A stretch of 54,501 bases of DNA, counting the filler, from Catajapyx aquilonaris (lineage: Eukaryota): the NCBI GenBank assembly GCA_000934665.2. It is 3 parts of 3 records of this genome, joined end to end, with 100 filler letters (N's around TTAATTAATTAA, not from the genome) between each part and the next. Parts side by side here need not be neighbours in the genome. Positions count along the whole stretch, not along the records: positions 36,407 to 54,501 come from KZ539593.1; 2 more parts are not named here. The stretch is one strand, 5' to 3'. Of this stretch, positions 39,003 through 50,593 are shown piece by piece (the first letter of the stretch is position 1; each line of letters opens with the position of its first letter). The notes under the pieces were generated by a model that made no database searches, was not told where the DNA came from, and was given only the letters and a program-made list of their open reading frames with translations. The translations under genes and the position numbers were made by a program.

Positions 39003-39538
39003 GAGTACGTTTACATGGGACTAAAAATCGGCCTGACCCAGGCTTCCTAAGCAAGGCCTATCTACGCAAAGCCTGCTCCCACTTTTGCCACTGCTACATG
39101 GGACTGACTATACCGGGCACTACATGGGACCGAGGGGGTGAGCCGCCCGAAAATAGTCCCTACCATGCCAGGCCATACTCCGCTCCTCACAGCAAAATGT
39201 GCAATATGTAGCTCTGCAGCTACCGCATGGGCTGCCTGTGATAATTAGGCAGTTGAATTACATGTACCAGCACTGTTTATTCGAGAAAGCCACAGATACG
39301 GGGGGACTATTTTCGCGGCCGGTAGTCCACTCAGAAGCAAATCCTGGGCTGTCCCCTAGCAGCCAATCACCGCCATCGCCTTAGGTAGACCACCGATCCA
39401 AAAGGCTTGGGCTGCGCCCGACAACGGATCAGATAAGGCCGGTCTATCGTAGGCCCAGCGGCTACATGGGAGTAAACCGGTTCGCCTAGCATAGGCGGCC
39501 GTAGCTAGGCCGATTTTTAGTCCCATGTAAACGTACTC
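39003..39538. mobile_element. PIF/Harbinger-like MITE
   Basis: 32-bp perfect TIR gagtacgtttacatgggactaaaaatcggcct, 3-bp TSD ata. Confidence 0.85.
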
Positions 39539-40232
39539 ATAGAGTACTCGAGTCCTGTCCTTCCCTTGGTAGTCTATTTTAGCTGCGGATGTATTTCCCG
39601 AAGCCTCCACTGAGAGCATAGCCAGTGTTGACGCTTCCAAAAATTTTAGCTGATAATACAAAATGGTGCCTGTCACATTGCAGTTAAACCAGTCTTGCAC
39701 ATGCTTATCTGCACTTGTATAAAAAAGAAGTCAGGATTTCACATCTAACTTGTGTGTACTTTCAGTCTTGGGAAACACTGTGCAAATCATAGGGTTACTC
39801 ATTTGGTAGCACATGAACTTATGTCCAGAGCTCCAGGCTTAGAGTAGGTTTTACACTACAGGCATAAAATGTGGTGATTAACAGACTCACACAGTTCAGT
39901 GAATCCAGATAGGATGTGTTGCTCACAGGAAACTGTAATTTAATTTTTTTTTGTGATCATTGCCTGTAAATGGTCAATATCAGTGGACTTTACCTTGTAG
40001 ACTACTGTGCCAACTGATTTTGGGAATCACACAAAATGCCAAAACGTTACAATCTGTGTTCAATCAGATTGGCTTATGTAAGTGTTGTCACAAAAATAGA
40101 CAATTTACAGTACACTACTGGTACTTGAAAAGTTGTTGTACATGAGAAGGATAGTTGTTTTCATGCTTCTTAAAGTAACCCCAAATAGTTATTTATTTTA
40201 TTTAAAAAAAAACACAGACACACACACAGCCT

Positions 40233-40620
40233 TGTCTTCACTAAGGCGTGGGGACGTGAAAATTCAACTTTTCGAAGCGAGTGTAAACTAACCTAACCTT
40301 ACCTTACCTTACCTTACCTTACCTTACCTTCCCTTACCTTACCTTACCTTACCTTACCTTACCTTACCTTACCTACCCTACCCTACCCTAACCTACACTA
40401 ACTAACTAACTAACCTAGGCTGAGAAAAATTGACTTTTGTGAAACCCTACAACTGAAAATAGTGGGGACATGTCCCCACTAATTTACACATGTCCCCACT
40501 CTAATAGTACACAGTGTGTGTGAAACACTGTGGGGACCGAGAAATGTCCCCACAATGCGGACTAGTCCCCACAGCTTCAGTAGAAACACAGACCTACGTC
40601 CCCACACCTTATTGAAGACA
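40233..40620. mobile_element. TIR element containing a (CCTTA)n / (CCTAA)-like microsatellite and gtggggac subrepeats
   Basis: Inverted ends tgtcttca.taagg.gtggggacgt, 5-mer array at ~40290-40417. Confidence 0.65.
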
Positions 40621-40713
40621 TGAACATTATTACTGATGTATCAGACCAACAACTTACAGTGTTCTGTAAGCCTGTTTGAAGGGTTCTGCACATATATTTG
40701 AAGTAATGATATA

Positions 40714-41161
40714 CAGTGGAGCATCGATTATCCGAACAGAGTCTGCCCAGGGGGTGTTCGGATAACTGATTGTTCGGATTACCGATCATTTACGGAAAAA
40801 AATTGTACCGGTGTCATAGGAGCAATATGAAACTAAGAAATAGTGATATTAACCACAAAACTGTATATTTTCTGTCACAATTAATTTTTGTCACGTCTTA
40901 AAAATACTGTACATATACCTTACTGTCCTTACATAAAGTAGTCCTACAGTTTAGGGGGAAACAAGCCAATTTATTTTGCTTGAGAGCCAAGGCTCGTTTT
41001 TTTGGCGGCTAAATCCCGCAGCGCCACAGCACTAGCGGCCACTAGCAGAACCACATAGCATGTTTTTTTGTTGTTGTTTTGTTGTTGTTTTTGCCGACCC
41101 GAAAACGTTGGGTTAACCGATGGTTCAGTTGATCGGTGTTTGGATAATCGTTGCTCCACTG
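40714..41161. mobile_element. pogo/Tigger-like MITE
   Basis: TIR cagtggagcatcgattatccgaaca, TA on both sides. Confidence 0.8.
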
Positions 41162-41164
41162 TAT

Positions 41165-41610
41165 CAGGGAGCATATACTACATAAGAGGCGCAAACATTC
41201 GATTTTTGCGTTTCTCTGTTTATAGGGCGTTGCCAAGGCTGGCGGCCATTTTGAAGTGTGTGGTGCGCCAACGAGGTATAAATAGGGTACAGGCAGGTCG
41301 TCAAGGACCGCGGGGGTCCGCCATCTTTGATGGTTTTGGCTGCCATGGCAATACACGGCAATAACAATTTACTTACCCATTTTCCAATATCGAATTCAAA
41401 TTGCGAGTGTTCTTGCCGTGTAGTTGCCGTGGCCACCAAAACGGTCAAAGATGGCGGACCCTATTTTTGCCTGTACCCTATTTACACCTCGTTGGCGTAC
41501 CACACACTTCAAAATGGCCGCCAGCCTTTGCAACGCCCCATAAAGAGAGAGACGCGAACATCAAAGGCGCCGACAGAAGTTTGCGCCTCTTATGTAGTAT
41601 ATGCTCCTTG
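41165..41610. mobile_element. Foldback P/Galileo-like MITE (7-bp TSD)
   Basis: Imperfect inverted arms of ~190 bp starting cagggagcatatactacataagaggcgcaaac, TSD actgtat at 41158-41164 and 41611-41617. Confidence 0.85.
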
Positions 41611-42062
41611 ACTGTATTTATTAGTCTGGTAGAGTAAAGTACCATGCTGCAGTGTTATGGTTTTTTTAAAAATGGCAGAGGGTTTTCTTGTTTGGGTCCT
41701 GGCAAAGTTTTGTAGAAAAGGAGGGATTCTGCAATAACAAAAAGGTTGAAGGCTGCTCTGTTAAGCACTGTTATGGTAATAAGACCAAATATAAAGTAGC
41801 GAGGCCAGGGAGCCACGATGTCATTGGGTATTCCTTTACACATGCTCTCATTGGTAGCTGCCTCACCAGTACTGAATTCCCCACATCACCATTACATCAT
41901 GTTTGTCCAATAACAGTACATCATTGGAGAGCCCTATTTTGTGAGCCCTTCTGACTTGTTTGTAGTGCTGCCCTGGGATATACTGTATATGGCATGTCAC
42001 TATAAGAGGGGCCCTTGTATTTAGAAAACAGAGAGTTCCCTCTGGGAGTTGAAAGGCTAATT

Positions 42063-42476
42063 GGATGGTGTTATGCAATAAGGAGTCAACCCTCAAATTT
42101 GCCGAAATTTAGTTAAGCCCTGGAACATACACCCAAACTCGCACCCAAGGGATAGTACTTAATGCAGTAAAAATCGTGGTGGCGAAATCTGCATAGTTCT
42201 GCCACAAATGACCGAAAAGTTAACTCACAAATGGCGTGCATGGACGGTGTTATGCAATAATTTCTCAACCCACAAAAATGTCGAAATTTAGCAAAGCCCA
42301 TGAACATATACCTAAAGGATCTTACTTCATTCAGTTAAATCACACTGGTGAAATATGCATACTTCGGCCATAAATGACCGAAAAATACACTGAATTAATT
42401 TCTCAGGTATGACCTTCAAAGCCCTTTTTCTCAAAACTTTTCATGTGGGTTGATTCCTTATTGCATAACACTGTCC
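42063..42476. mobile_element. Second copy of the 2511-3140 element
   Basis: Reverse-complement similarity, same TIRs, lacks the nested hAT MITE. Confidence 0.75.
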
Positions 42477-42788
42477 ATTATTAGAAAATTGCGAAAAAGG
42501 AACTTCAAGGTGCAAATGTATGAAATGACTTATTTCAGCATTGCAGTTTCTGAATGAGTTACTAATGCAGTCAGTGAGGGAGTCAACTACCATTGACATA
42601 ACAAGCAGTTGATCCATGTTATTCACATAGGACTAATCTTGTGTTCTGGATGACTATTGATCACACAGCCAGCCCTTAGTGGTTTTATGATGGGAAAAGC
42701 CTTTATATGCCTGTAGTTTCTAAGATATAATCAGACATCTTTCAAATACTGAATTAGTGGTTTGTAAACTTAATTTGAAAACTTTCAG

Positions 42789-42966
42789 AATTACCAGCAT
42801 TACTCTGTGAAAGAAGAGGAAGTACTAGAGACAGATGAGAGTCAACCATTGATAGCAGAAAGCCATTTGAATGCATCTGAAGAAGATCCACCTGCTGAAG
42901 AAGTTATACCTCAAGCTGCTCAGCAAGAAGAAGTCGAAACGTCATCAAAGATTGCGAAATTTGACA
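42789..42966 (+). CDS. GABPB: GABP-beta-like, acidic linker exon (NYQHYSVKEEEVLETDE...)
   Basis: Acceptor actttcag at 42788, open frame (phase 0 in), donor gtaagt at 42967 (phase 1). Confidence 0.75.
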
Positions 42967-43099
42967 GTAAGTTGGTGCATGTGTTTTATTCGTGAGTACG
43001 GCATATGGATGGCAAAAAGAAAGGGGTTTTGTACCTATGGACCCATCCCAGTCGTTTAGCAATATTTCAGCATGATACTTATAATGTTTTTCATTCTAG

Positions 43100-43174
43100 T
43101 GAAAGAAGGTGCTGAAGTACTTGGCTCATTGGCAGAATTAGCAGAAGTCAGTACAAATGAAGTTAAGGGTCAAG
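43100..43174 (+). CDS. GABPB: GABP-beta-like exon (MKEGAEVLGSLAELAEVSTNEVKGQ)
   Basis: Acceptor ttttcattctag, donor aag|gtatgc, 75 nt, phase 1-1. VLGSLAELAE resembles vertebrate GABP-beta VLATLAALAE. Confidence 0.75.
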
Positions 43175-43249
43175 GTATGCCAAATTATATAAGTTGTAGG
43201 CCTATGTCAGATTTTGAGATGTTGATATTATTATTATTAATCATTTAAG

Positions 43250-43369
43250 GAGTGTCACAAGTAGCTGCCATGAAATACTTGGAAGCTCATGGAATTACAA
43301 TGCTTCCTGCAGATGAGACAACTCTAGTGGAGTCTGCCGTGGAGAATGGTCAGACGTTTACTTTGACAG
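43250..43369 (+). CDS. GABPB: GABP-beta-like exon (VSQVAAMKYLEAHGITMLPADETTLVESAVENGQTFTLT)
   Basis: Acceptor catttaag, donor cag|gtatag, 120 nt, phase 1-1. Joins the next exon to give LTEAGKLALN, a block I recall from invertebrate GABP-beta proteins. Confidence 0.85.
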
Positions 43370-44198
43370 GTATAGGTAATTTCATATTTAAAAAGCCCTC
43401 TTTGTTAAGGAACACAAGCTGTTGCATGTTCACAAAACGTATCAAAACAGGGTCTTTATGGACAAACAAAACCAGCATTATCCTAAAGGCTAGCACGAGG
43501 AGTATTTAGATAGTGACTTATGTGTATACCATTTCCTTGGTAGAGTCTGCTTTTATTGATCCATTTTTTTCAGACAATGAATTATTGATTTTTCCTGCAT
43601 TGGGGCAATTGTCTTCACAGACTCGGTTTTTTCCTCTACACATTGTCAATGGTGCAGTTCATACTGTGTAGATTGCATTTTTATTGTTATTTCATTTTTA
43701 GGAGGCTTTTATTTTTGAATCTGACTAGCAGGTCAGGGGTCCCTTTGAATTTCCCTTAATTTTGCTATGGTGCAACCAGCCCTTAGCTTCTGCAGGTGAA
43801 ACTGCATGTGACGGCATGAAATGGGTGGCATGTTTATTTTGCTGGTTCTTTGCTTTGTTGTCTTTAGTTTTCTGCCCATTCTGCTAAATAGCACTCATTC
43901 GCTTCTGATTTCTGCAACCCAAGGGGTTTGGCTGGTCCCACCAAAAATGCATTTGATGTCCACCGTTGGTGTTTATAGCCAGATACTCTCAGGGCCTGAA
44001 AGTTGGGCAGACTGGGACAGAGCATCCACCTCTGCCCTGGGGTCAGCAAATCTCCATATCCCTGAAGATGGCTGGCGAGTTCCAGCACCATGTTCTATCT
44101 GCAAGTGACTGGCCTTTTCAGCAGTGGTTCCCACTTTCCTGAGTTGTTTGACTGGTTCTCCCACTATGACCTCTCAGTAACTGGGTGGTGGGCAGGCT

Positions 44199-44498
44199 GG
44201 GGAGGTGGCATAGTGCTGCAGTAACATAATTATATGCCCATGGATGGAACGATCCTGGGTTTGATTCCAAGTCTGGGCCTTTCCCGCCTTTGCTCTTGTG
44301 TGGAGTTGGGTCATCTCTGGCTCTGTCTTGGGTGGGACTCCTTCAGATTAACCATCCGGGGGAACACACAAAATGGCCAATCAACGACATTTGCACCTCT
44401 CCTTCCACTGACCCCTGCCTGCAGACCTGGGTGCTTCGCAAAAAGGTTCCAGACATGTGTCACATGGTATTAATCAATGTCCCTTTCATTTTAATAAA
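44199..44498 (+). mobile_element. tRNA-derived SINE family B, diverged
   Basis: Colinear similarity to 5526-5826 with CpG-decay-type changes. Confidence 0.75.
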
Positions 44499-44748
44499 TG
44501 ACCTGTAAAGAATGTCACTAGATGTGAACCAGATGAATCATGGTCATACTGCTAGTACTATCAGCACAATATTATTCTGGACACGATGCTTCACATGCTT
44601 TTCTTATGGGAGAGTGTCTGCAATAATACTTTGGCAATAGTACATTACAACTCACTAATTTATAAGGAGTAAACAGCCAAATACCTGTGTGTTTCGCATC
44701 TTGAAATGACCACCTTGTATAATCTTATTGATGCCATTTTTGTTGCAG

Positions 44749-44898
44749 AGGCTGGCAAGTTGGCTCTTAACTTCAGCAAGTCACAATCAAGTCCTGTGAA
44801 AAAGAGAGTTCCCCTTTTACTTGCCAAGGCCAATGGTGACCAAAGCAATGGGCAAGATGTGTATGCAATCTTGTCTGATCAATGCTTGTCATTGTCAG
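44749..44898 (+). CDS. GABPB: GABP-beta-like exon (EAGKLALNFSKSQSSPVKKR...)
   Basis: Acceptor tttttgttgcag at 44748. Best phase-1 donor is cag|gtatgg at 44899 (59-nt intron); a weaker alternative phase-1 donor lies at 44836. Confidence 0.7.
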
Positions 44899-44957
44899 GT
44901 ATGGATTGGAAGATTAGAATACACATGTGCATGTGACTTAGCAGTGCTTATTTGCAG

Positions 44958-45124
44958 GGACCATGGAATCGGCTGCACCTCTCATAATAAAAGTGCCAGC
45001 AGCTGATTCAAAAAAAAGGGAAGCAAGTACTTTCAGAGAACGACCTGAAAAGAAGATGAAAGTAGCCACGATATCTAAAATAAAACCAGCAAATATTCCT
45101 AAATATTATTTGGAAGGTGCAAAG
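44958..45124 (+). CDS. GABPB: GABP-beta-like exon, Lys-rich (TMESAAPLIIKVPAADSKKRE...PEKKMK...GAK)
   Basis: Acceptor ttatttgcag at 44957, open frame, donor aag|gtaagc at 45125 (phase 0). Confidence 0.75.
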
Positions 45125-46126
45125 GTAAGCATCCTAAAATCATATGATTGAATTTATGATTTAAATCAGTGGACAGACTCATTTGACTCCAACTGATGTG
45201 AACTGGTCGTATTGATGCCTTTGGTGTAAGAGACAGTCATGTAAAGATTTGAAATGAGGAGAGTAAGTATTGCAGATCTTGGATGTTCATGTTTCTGAAA
45301 TACCATAGCATCTACCAGTTTCGCATTAAATCAGAAAATGATTGTTCACTAGTGATAATACCTACACATAGACTGCAGTTTAAAATAATCTTGGTTTTCG
45401 AAGTGTGATTGGCTAATCCAATATGGCAGAATCCTAGGACCTGTGTAAAATGTTGCTTTTTATGTTGTAAGTAGTAATCGCATCTTGAATCAATCATCTA
45501 TGTAGCAGTTATGCTTAAATAATTGGCCCAGTACAATCTAAAAATCAAAATTATGCTAAAAACATACTAAGGTAGATATGCTGATGTCGTATGTGCAGTG
45601 ACAGTGTTGATGGGTGTTATCGCTGGCTCGCTTTGGCTGTTCTGAACTAGTTTGAGAGTAGTTCTGACTCCCATATTGATCCTGCACCATGGTTGGAACC
45701 AATGGGAATCTGAGTACTAGCTGTAAAATAGTTTGGAGCAGCAAATGGACAGTGTCAGTGCTACTGGGCTGTAAAATTAGTGGATAATTTGGATATCAAT
45801 TTAAAGCTCTGAATTAGAACGCAGCCATCTATATGCATTACTAGCCAGGCTGTGACAATAATGAACGTGACTTCATGTGTTATCAGAAGCGAATCCACTG
45901 CACCTGTCATGTTATTGTGAAATAATTAAAATGTGCCATTTTCACATGCCAAAAAAATCACATTTGACAGTGAAAACACAAGCTCATTGGGACTTGCCTT
46001 TTGCGCAAAACTTTTTATACAGCCTAGTTGAGTTTTTACAAGGGTTTGAAAATATTTGTCTAGAATCAATAATTGCATGAGTTATCTGTGAATATACATA
46101 CTAACTGGATCTTTCATATCCTCTAG

Positions 46127-46324
46127 ACTGTTTCATCAACAACAAGTGAAAAGACATTAGACATTGCATCTATGGACAGGGAGCAGCTTGAGTTTCAGTT
46201 AGAAGAAGCAAAAAAAACAGCTGAGGAATACCGAGAGCAGCTTAGGAAAAAAGAGCATGAGGCAGAAGAATATCGAAAACAACTTGAATCGTATACGGGT
46301 TCAGCTATAATTGGCCCACGTTGA
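46127..46324 (+). CDS. GABPB: GABP-beta-like terminal coding exon, coiled coil (MDREQLEFQLEEAKKTAEEYREQLRKKEHEAEEYRKQLE...GPR*)
   Basis: Branch point ctaac at 46101, acceptor ctctag at 46126, 65 codons then TGA at 46322-46324. Matches the GABP-beta C-terminal leucine-zipper-like helix. Missed by the ORF track. Confidence 0.92.
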   Translation, partial: TVSSTTSEKTLDIASMDREQLEFQLEEAKKTAEEYREQLRKKEHEAEEYRKQLESYTGSAIIGPR

Positions 46325-46545
46325 GGCTAAGTGTGATCTATTTTGTTGTCCCATTTAGTTGTACATATGTCATGCACCTGTTGGATCCTTGGTCACCATA
46401 GTGGTGTGCTACTCCAGTCAGGAAGAGAATGTGGCAGTGCTTCGAGTGTTCACTATGAGAATATTATGAAGTGACTGCCAAGGGTGGTGACTACCAAGTG
46501 AGAAATGGTTTATCTTTCAACTCAAGTAAGACAGGCATCTCAAAT

Positions 46546-46621
46546 GAAGGGCTCAGGAGTAAACAATGGTAAGGGATATGTAAAACCCATACCCTTACCA
46601 TTGTTTACTCCTGAGCCCTTC
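46546..46621. mobile_element. 76-bp hairpin mini-MITE in the probable GABP-beta 3' UTR
   Basis: 30-bp perfect arms gaagggctcaggagtaaacaatggtaaggg, 16-nt loop, aaat on both sides. Confidence 0.7.
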
Positions 46622-47571
46622 AAATGCTGCGTGGGCAGCAAATAAAATCCTGCTGCTGAAATTTGAAGTGTTTTTCCACAGTGTAACAGTGTTTTAATGC
46701 AAGTGACTTTTCTATCACTAGAAAGAAAAAAAAAACTTCAATTTTACAACTATGCAGATTTGCAATAAAGAAAATATAAGCAAAGATATGCAAAAGAAAA
46801 GATGTGTTGCAGGAATGATTTTTTGTGTGCGTCAGTAATTTTTAGTGGAGTAGTTCCTAACTCGGCAAAATCTCATTAACAAAACCCAAGGGCAAGGAAT
46901 ATTCATCCATTTTAAAGGATTTTCTAACTTACACCACACACAACTCAGTGTTAATGCATCCCCATAGCCAACAACCTACTTCGATGTCTATCGAACCAAA
47001 CCTGCCACTATCATACATGAGTTAGGTGAACAGAATGTGAAAGTTATATTAGGAACAAGTTCAGATCAAAATTATCCTGGAACACAAGGAACCATATCCT
47101 GCAACAGACTGTTTTTGTCTATGTCAGCATTATGTCCCCCCTCTGGAAAAATTTAGTGAAGAAAATATTTGACCTTGACTTCCCTTGTAGATCAGATTTA
47201 GTTTCATTCCCTCCATGTTAATGATCACACACCAGCAGGATTTCTGTTTGCTGCCCCTACCCCCTTCCCCTGAATTGCCAAAAGATCCTACAGTTGACTA
47301 CAGATATAAGAGCCTTGGCTACAGGTAACCTTCAGTTATAGCCAGCTGGAAATGCGGCAAGCCGAAAACTTAGCATATTTGTTGCAAAAGTGGCGATTTG
47401 GATATAAGAAGCATTGGTTATAAGATGCTTATTTCTGCAGACCCTATAAGTGTCTTATGTTCGAAGTCGACAGTATGAGAGGCCTGTCTAATAAGGGCTA
47501 ATCAGCATAACATGAATAAGTTATTCGTCATCTGCTCTTGTGTAAATTTTTATGTGCAAGTTCAAAATCTT

Positions 47572-47959
47572 AGGGCCTGGCCACACTAGGCGGAATCTCC
47601 GCGACGGAAATTCCGTTGCGGATTGATTTTGCAACGTTCTGTCACGCTGAATTTCTGTCGACCGTGCTGCCGCTTTGCGGCCCTTTCAGCACCAATCCCC
47701 CTGGTTTCCATGCCAGCGAACCCGCTTTTTCCGTCGGTAGTCTGGCATTCCCCCGGCGGAATCAATGTATTGCAGTGGGATTATTGTCCCCAACGGAAAA
47801 CTGAGCCAATTTTTTCCGCTGTGTCTTCTTCTGGTGCTTGACGGAACGACAGAAAAACCGGTGTGTGTGTTTGATCCCGACGGATTCTTGTTCACTTCCA
47901 TGTGTTTGACATTTTTTAGCGGACCGCGCTGGAAATTCCGCCTAGTGTGGCAAGGGCCT
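47572..47959. mobile_element. PIF/Harbinger-like MITE
   Basis: TIR core gccacactaggcggaa at both ends in inverted orientation. Confidence 0.7.
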
Positions 47960-48008
47960 TCGACAATTAAAATGTACTTGGGATGTAATAAGGGGGATTA
48001 ATATTATG

Positions 48009-48720
48009 CAAGGGTTGTAAATAAAGTAGTGGCCCACTGCCAGGAAATGCAATTGGTTACTCAAATGCTACTGTTAACACACAGAAACACTAGCTTTATT
48101 CTGTGTACATGATCAGAAGTTGACGCAGCCCATTCTAAAAAGTGATATTGAGTGTAGAATTGATCTAAGTCAATATCTCAGTGTACACCTGTCTGAACTT
48201 CTCTATGTTGACAAAATTAGTACAACATCCTGGATCAGGAGCCACGTTGCATGAAATAAAATGAGTGACTATGATGGCTGCCTTTGGGCAGCCTATAGTG
48301 ACAGTCCCATCCATACTGGACTGTTGCAAGATGTGTCGCGTGCCTTTCATGCAGTTTTCTGATGTGTAACAGGTTCTTCAAGTAATAGACCAGACCTTTG
48401 CTGCTGATATCAACGAAACAGTCTGCTGCAGGAATCCAGCGGCTCCCACAACTTCGGGAAATGGGGCAGAAAATAGAAAATAGGGCTGATACCCCGTGCG
48501 CCTGTCTGTCTGGCTTGGGGGNNNNNNNNNNNNNNNNNNNNNNNNNNNNNNNNNNNNNNNNNNNNNNNNNNNNNNNNNNNNNGGGGGGGGGGAGGAGGAG
48601 GAGGAGGAGGAGAGAGAGAGAGAGAGAGATGAAATGAAGAAATGTTATTGTCCAGCTGTGGCTTCGTAACCTGGTTTGCATCTTATACACATGTTGCCAC
48701 AACTTTATTTACAACCCTCG
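48009..48720. mobile_element. mariner-like non-autonomous element (spans an N gap)
   Basis: TIR c(a/g)agggttgtaaataaagt, right end ccctcg|ta. Confidence 0.65.
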
Positions 48721-49015
48721 TATAGTAATGTAGCAACAGCACTGGCATGTGATTTTTTGGCAATGGCAATAGTTTCTAAGTAACTACATGACTGTGTACC
48801 CTTTGCACTAAAGTGGTTACTTCTGAAGTACCCATTTTACAGTAGGATTGGTTTCACCATGGTACATGGTAATTTTGGTGGAAGTTGTTCTTAATAACTT
48901 ATTGATCATAATAAGTCGAATCTCCATGGGACTGGAAAAAACCTTTGAGTTTTGCACATGTGATATCTCCAAATTGGTGTATTAAAGTGTGCAAATACTC
49001 GTATTAGTGGGAAAT

Positions 49016-49310
49016 ACCGAAGCAGGTTGGTGTAGTGGATATGGAGTCCGCCTGCTAATCGGGAGGTCCTGGGTTCTAATCCCGGGGCCGGCGACCCTGA
49101 CAGTGGTTTTCTGTGGTTTCCCACGGTCCTTCCAGGATAATTCTGGGGTCGTTTCCGTAACAACAGGCCACAGCCGCTTCCTTCCGTCCCTATCCTATCC
49201 CAAAAAGCAAAGTAACATGAAACCAAAGAGTTCCAGTCAAAACAAAAAAATTTCCCCCTAAAGAGCCACCCGCTGATAACGGGGTATGAATTATTATTAA
49301 TTATCATTAT
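49016..49310 (+). mobile_element. tRNA-derived SINE family A
   Basis: Full copy with a 14-bp TSD tattagtgggaaat at 49002-49015 and 49311-49324. Confidence 0.9.
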
Positions 49311-49411
49311 TATTAGTGGGAAATGATCTGTTTCATTGAACTGAAATTTTAGTAAACAATATGGAACTTCAAAACTTGGATGCCATGTACTAGTTTCACA
49401 AAAGTTGTAAT

Positions 49412-49870
49412 TTATTTAGTTACTTTTTGTTTTTTGTTGTTTTTTTTGCCCCATTAGAGGGAACAGAGCCCTTTTAGGGGGGTGGATTACCACCAGTTTT
49501 TCTTGCAAAATTTCCTTGCTTTTCTTTTTTTTTCTTCAGTGCAGGGGTCAGGATAGGGATTTGTAGGGTGCACGTGCGATGTCTGAAATTGGGGGTCGTG
49601 TGCAGTGGCCAAGCTACAATACACCCCACTAGGTGCGGGTCAGAAACTCCCCACCGACACCGCACCTCCTCATGGACGGGACAAGGATAGGAAAGAAGGA
49701 ATCGACTGTGGCCTATTAATTATTTAGGAAGCAACCCTGGAATTCTTCTGGGTGGACCGTGGGAAACCACAGAAAACCACGGTTAGGATTGCCGGCCCGG
49801 GGTCTCGAACCCAGGACCTCCCGATTAGCAGTCGGATGCCTTATCCACTCCACCAAACTGCTTCGGTATA
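49412..49870 (-). mobile_element. SINE family A, long variant with a different 3' half
   Basis: Family A head and body at 49680-49867, then an extra segment and a ggtggtaatccaccccc tail. TSD acaaaagttg(t/c)aat at 49398 and 49871. Confidence 0.8.
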
Positions 49871-50334
49871 ACAAAAGTTGCAATAGCACTAATTATGGTC
49901 ATTTCCTGTAGAAAGAAATTGCAGATTTTGGCAACATTCAAATCTACATTTTTCTAGCTCTATAAAACAGTCATGGAAATAGCTAAACTTCACTTTTTCA
50001 TCAAATATAATAGAAACTATTTCCTTTTAAGAATTATTGGGTGCCATGACAAAGCAATCCAGGAATGGGTTATTACATTAAATCACCAATTAATTGTGAG
50101 TGACAGCTATGAAATAACAATTTCACCAATGTACTTGTCGACTGTTATAATAGTGTACTTATGTGCATGGGGTGCATTATACCTGCCAATCCATTATTTT
50201 ATGTAACAGCTGCAGACTATTTGGAAATTCATCCACAGCTACTTTGTAGCTCTGGAAAATAGTACCTCCACTGATACACATTAATAACCTTCCCTATTTT
50301 TGTGGCATGGAATTTGAGGGGTGACCTAATAACC

Positions 50335-50593
50335 TTATTTTTTTATTATTATTTTATTTGTACCCCATTGGGAGAATCGGCGCTCCTTTAGGGGGGTGGA
50401 GCACCACCATTGGATGGGGCCAAGGATAGGGAAGGAAGGAAGCGGCTGTGGCCTATTTTATGGAAACAACCCTGGAATTATCCTGGGGGTTACTGTGGAA
50501 AACCACAGAAAACCATGCTCAGAGTTGCCGGCCCCAGGATTCGAACCCGATTAGCAGTCAGGCTCGTTAACCACCACACCAACTTGCTTCGGT
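50335..50593 (-). mobile_element. SINE family A, diverged variant
   Basis: Family A head and body with an internal deletion, flanked by ctaata(a/g)cct. Confidence 0.8.

Noticed and set aside
40290..40417. Insect telomeric (TTAGG)n tract
   Set aside because: Mostly CCTTA with only isolated CCTAA units, and it is internal to a TIR element.
44060..44095. Penelope-like hammerhead start cctgaagatggctggcgagttccagc
   Set aside because: No GAAA follows stem II, so the core is incomplete.
11082..46324. Unr and GABP-beta as a linked gene pair or a single gene
   Set aside because: They are separated by two synthetic spacers, so adjacency is not supported.
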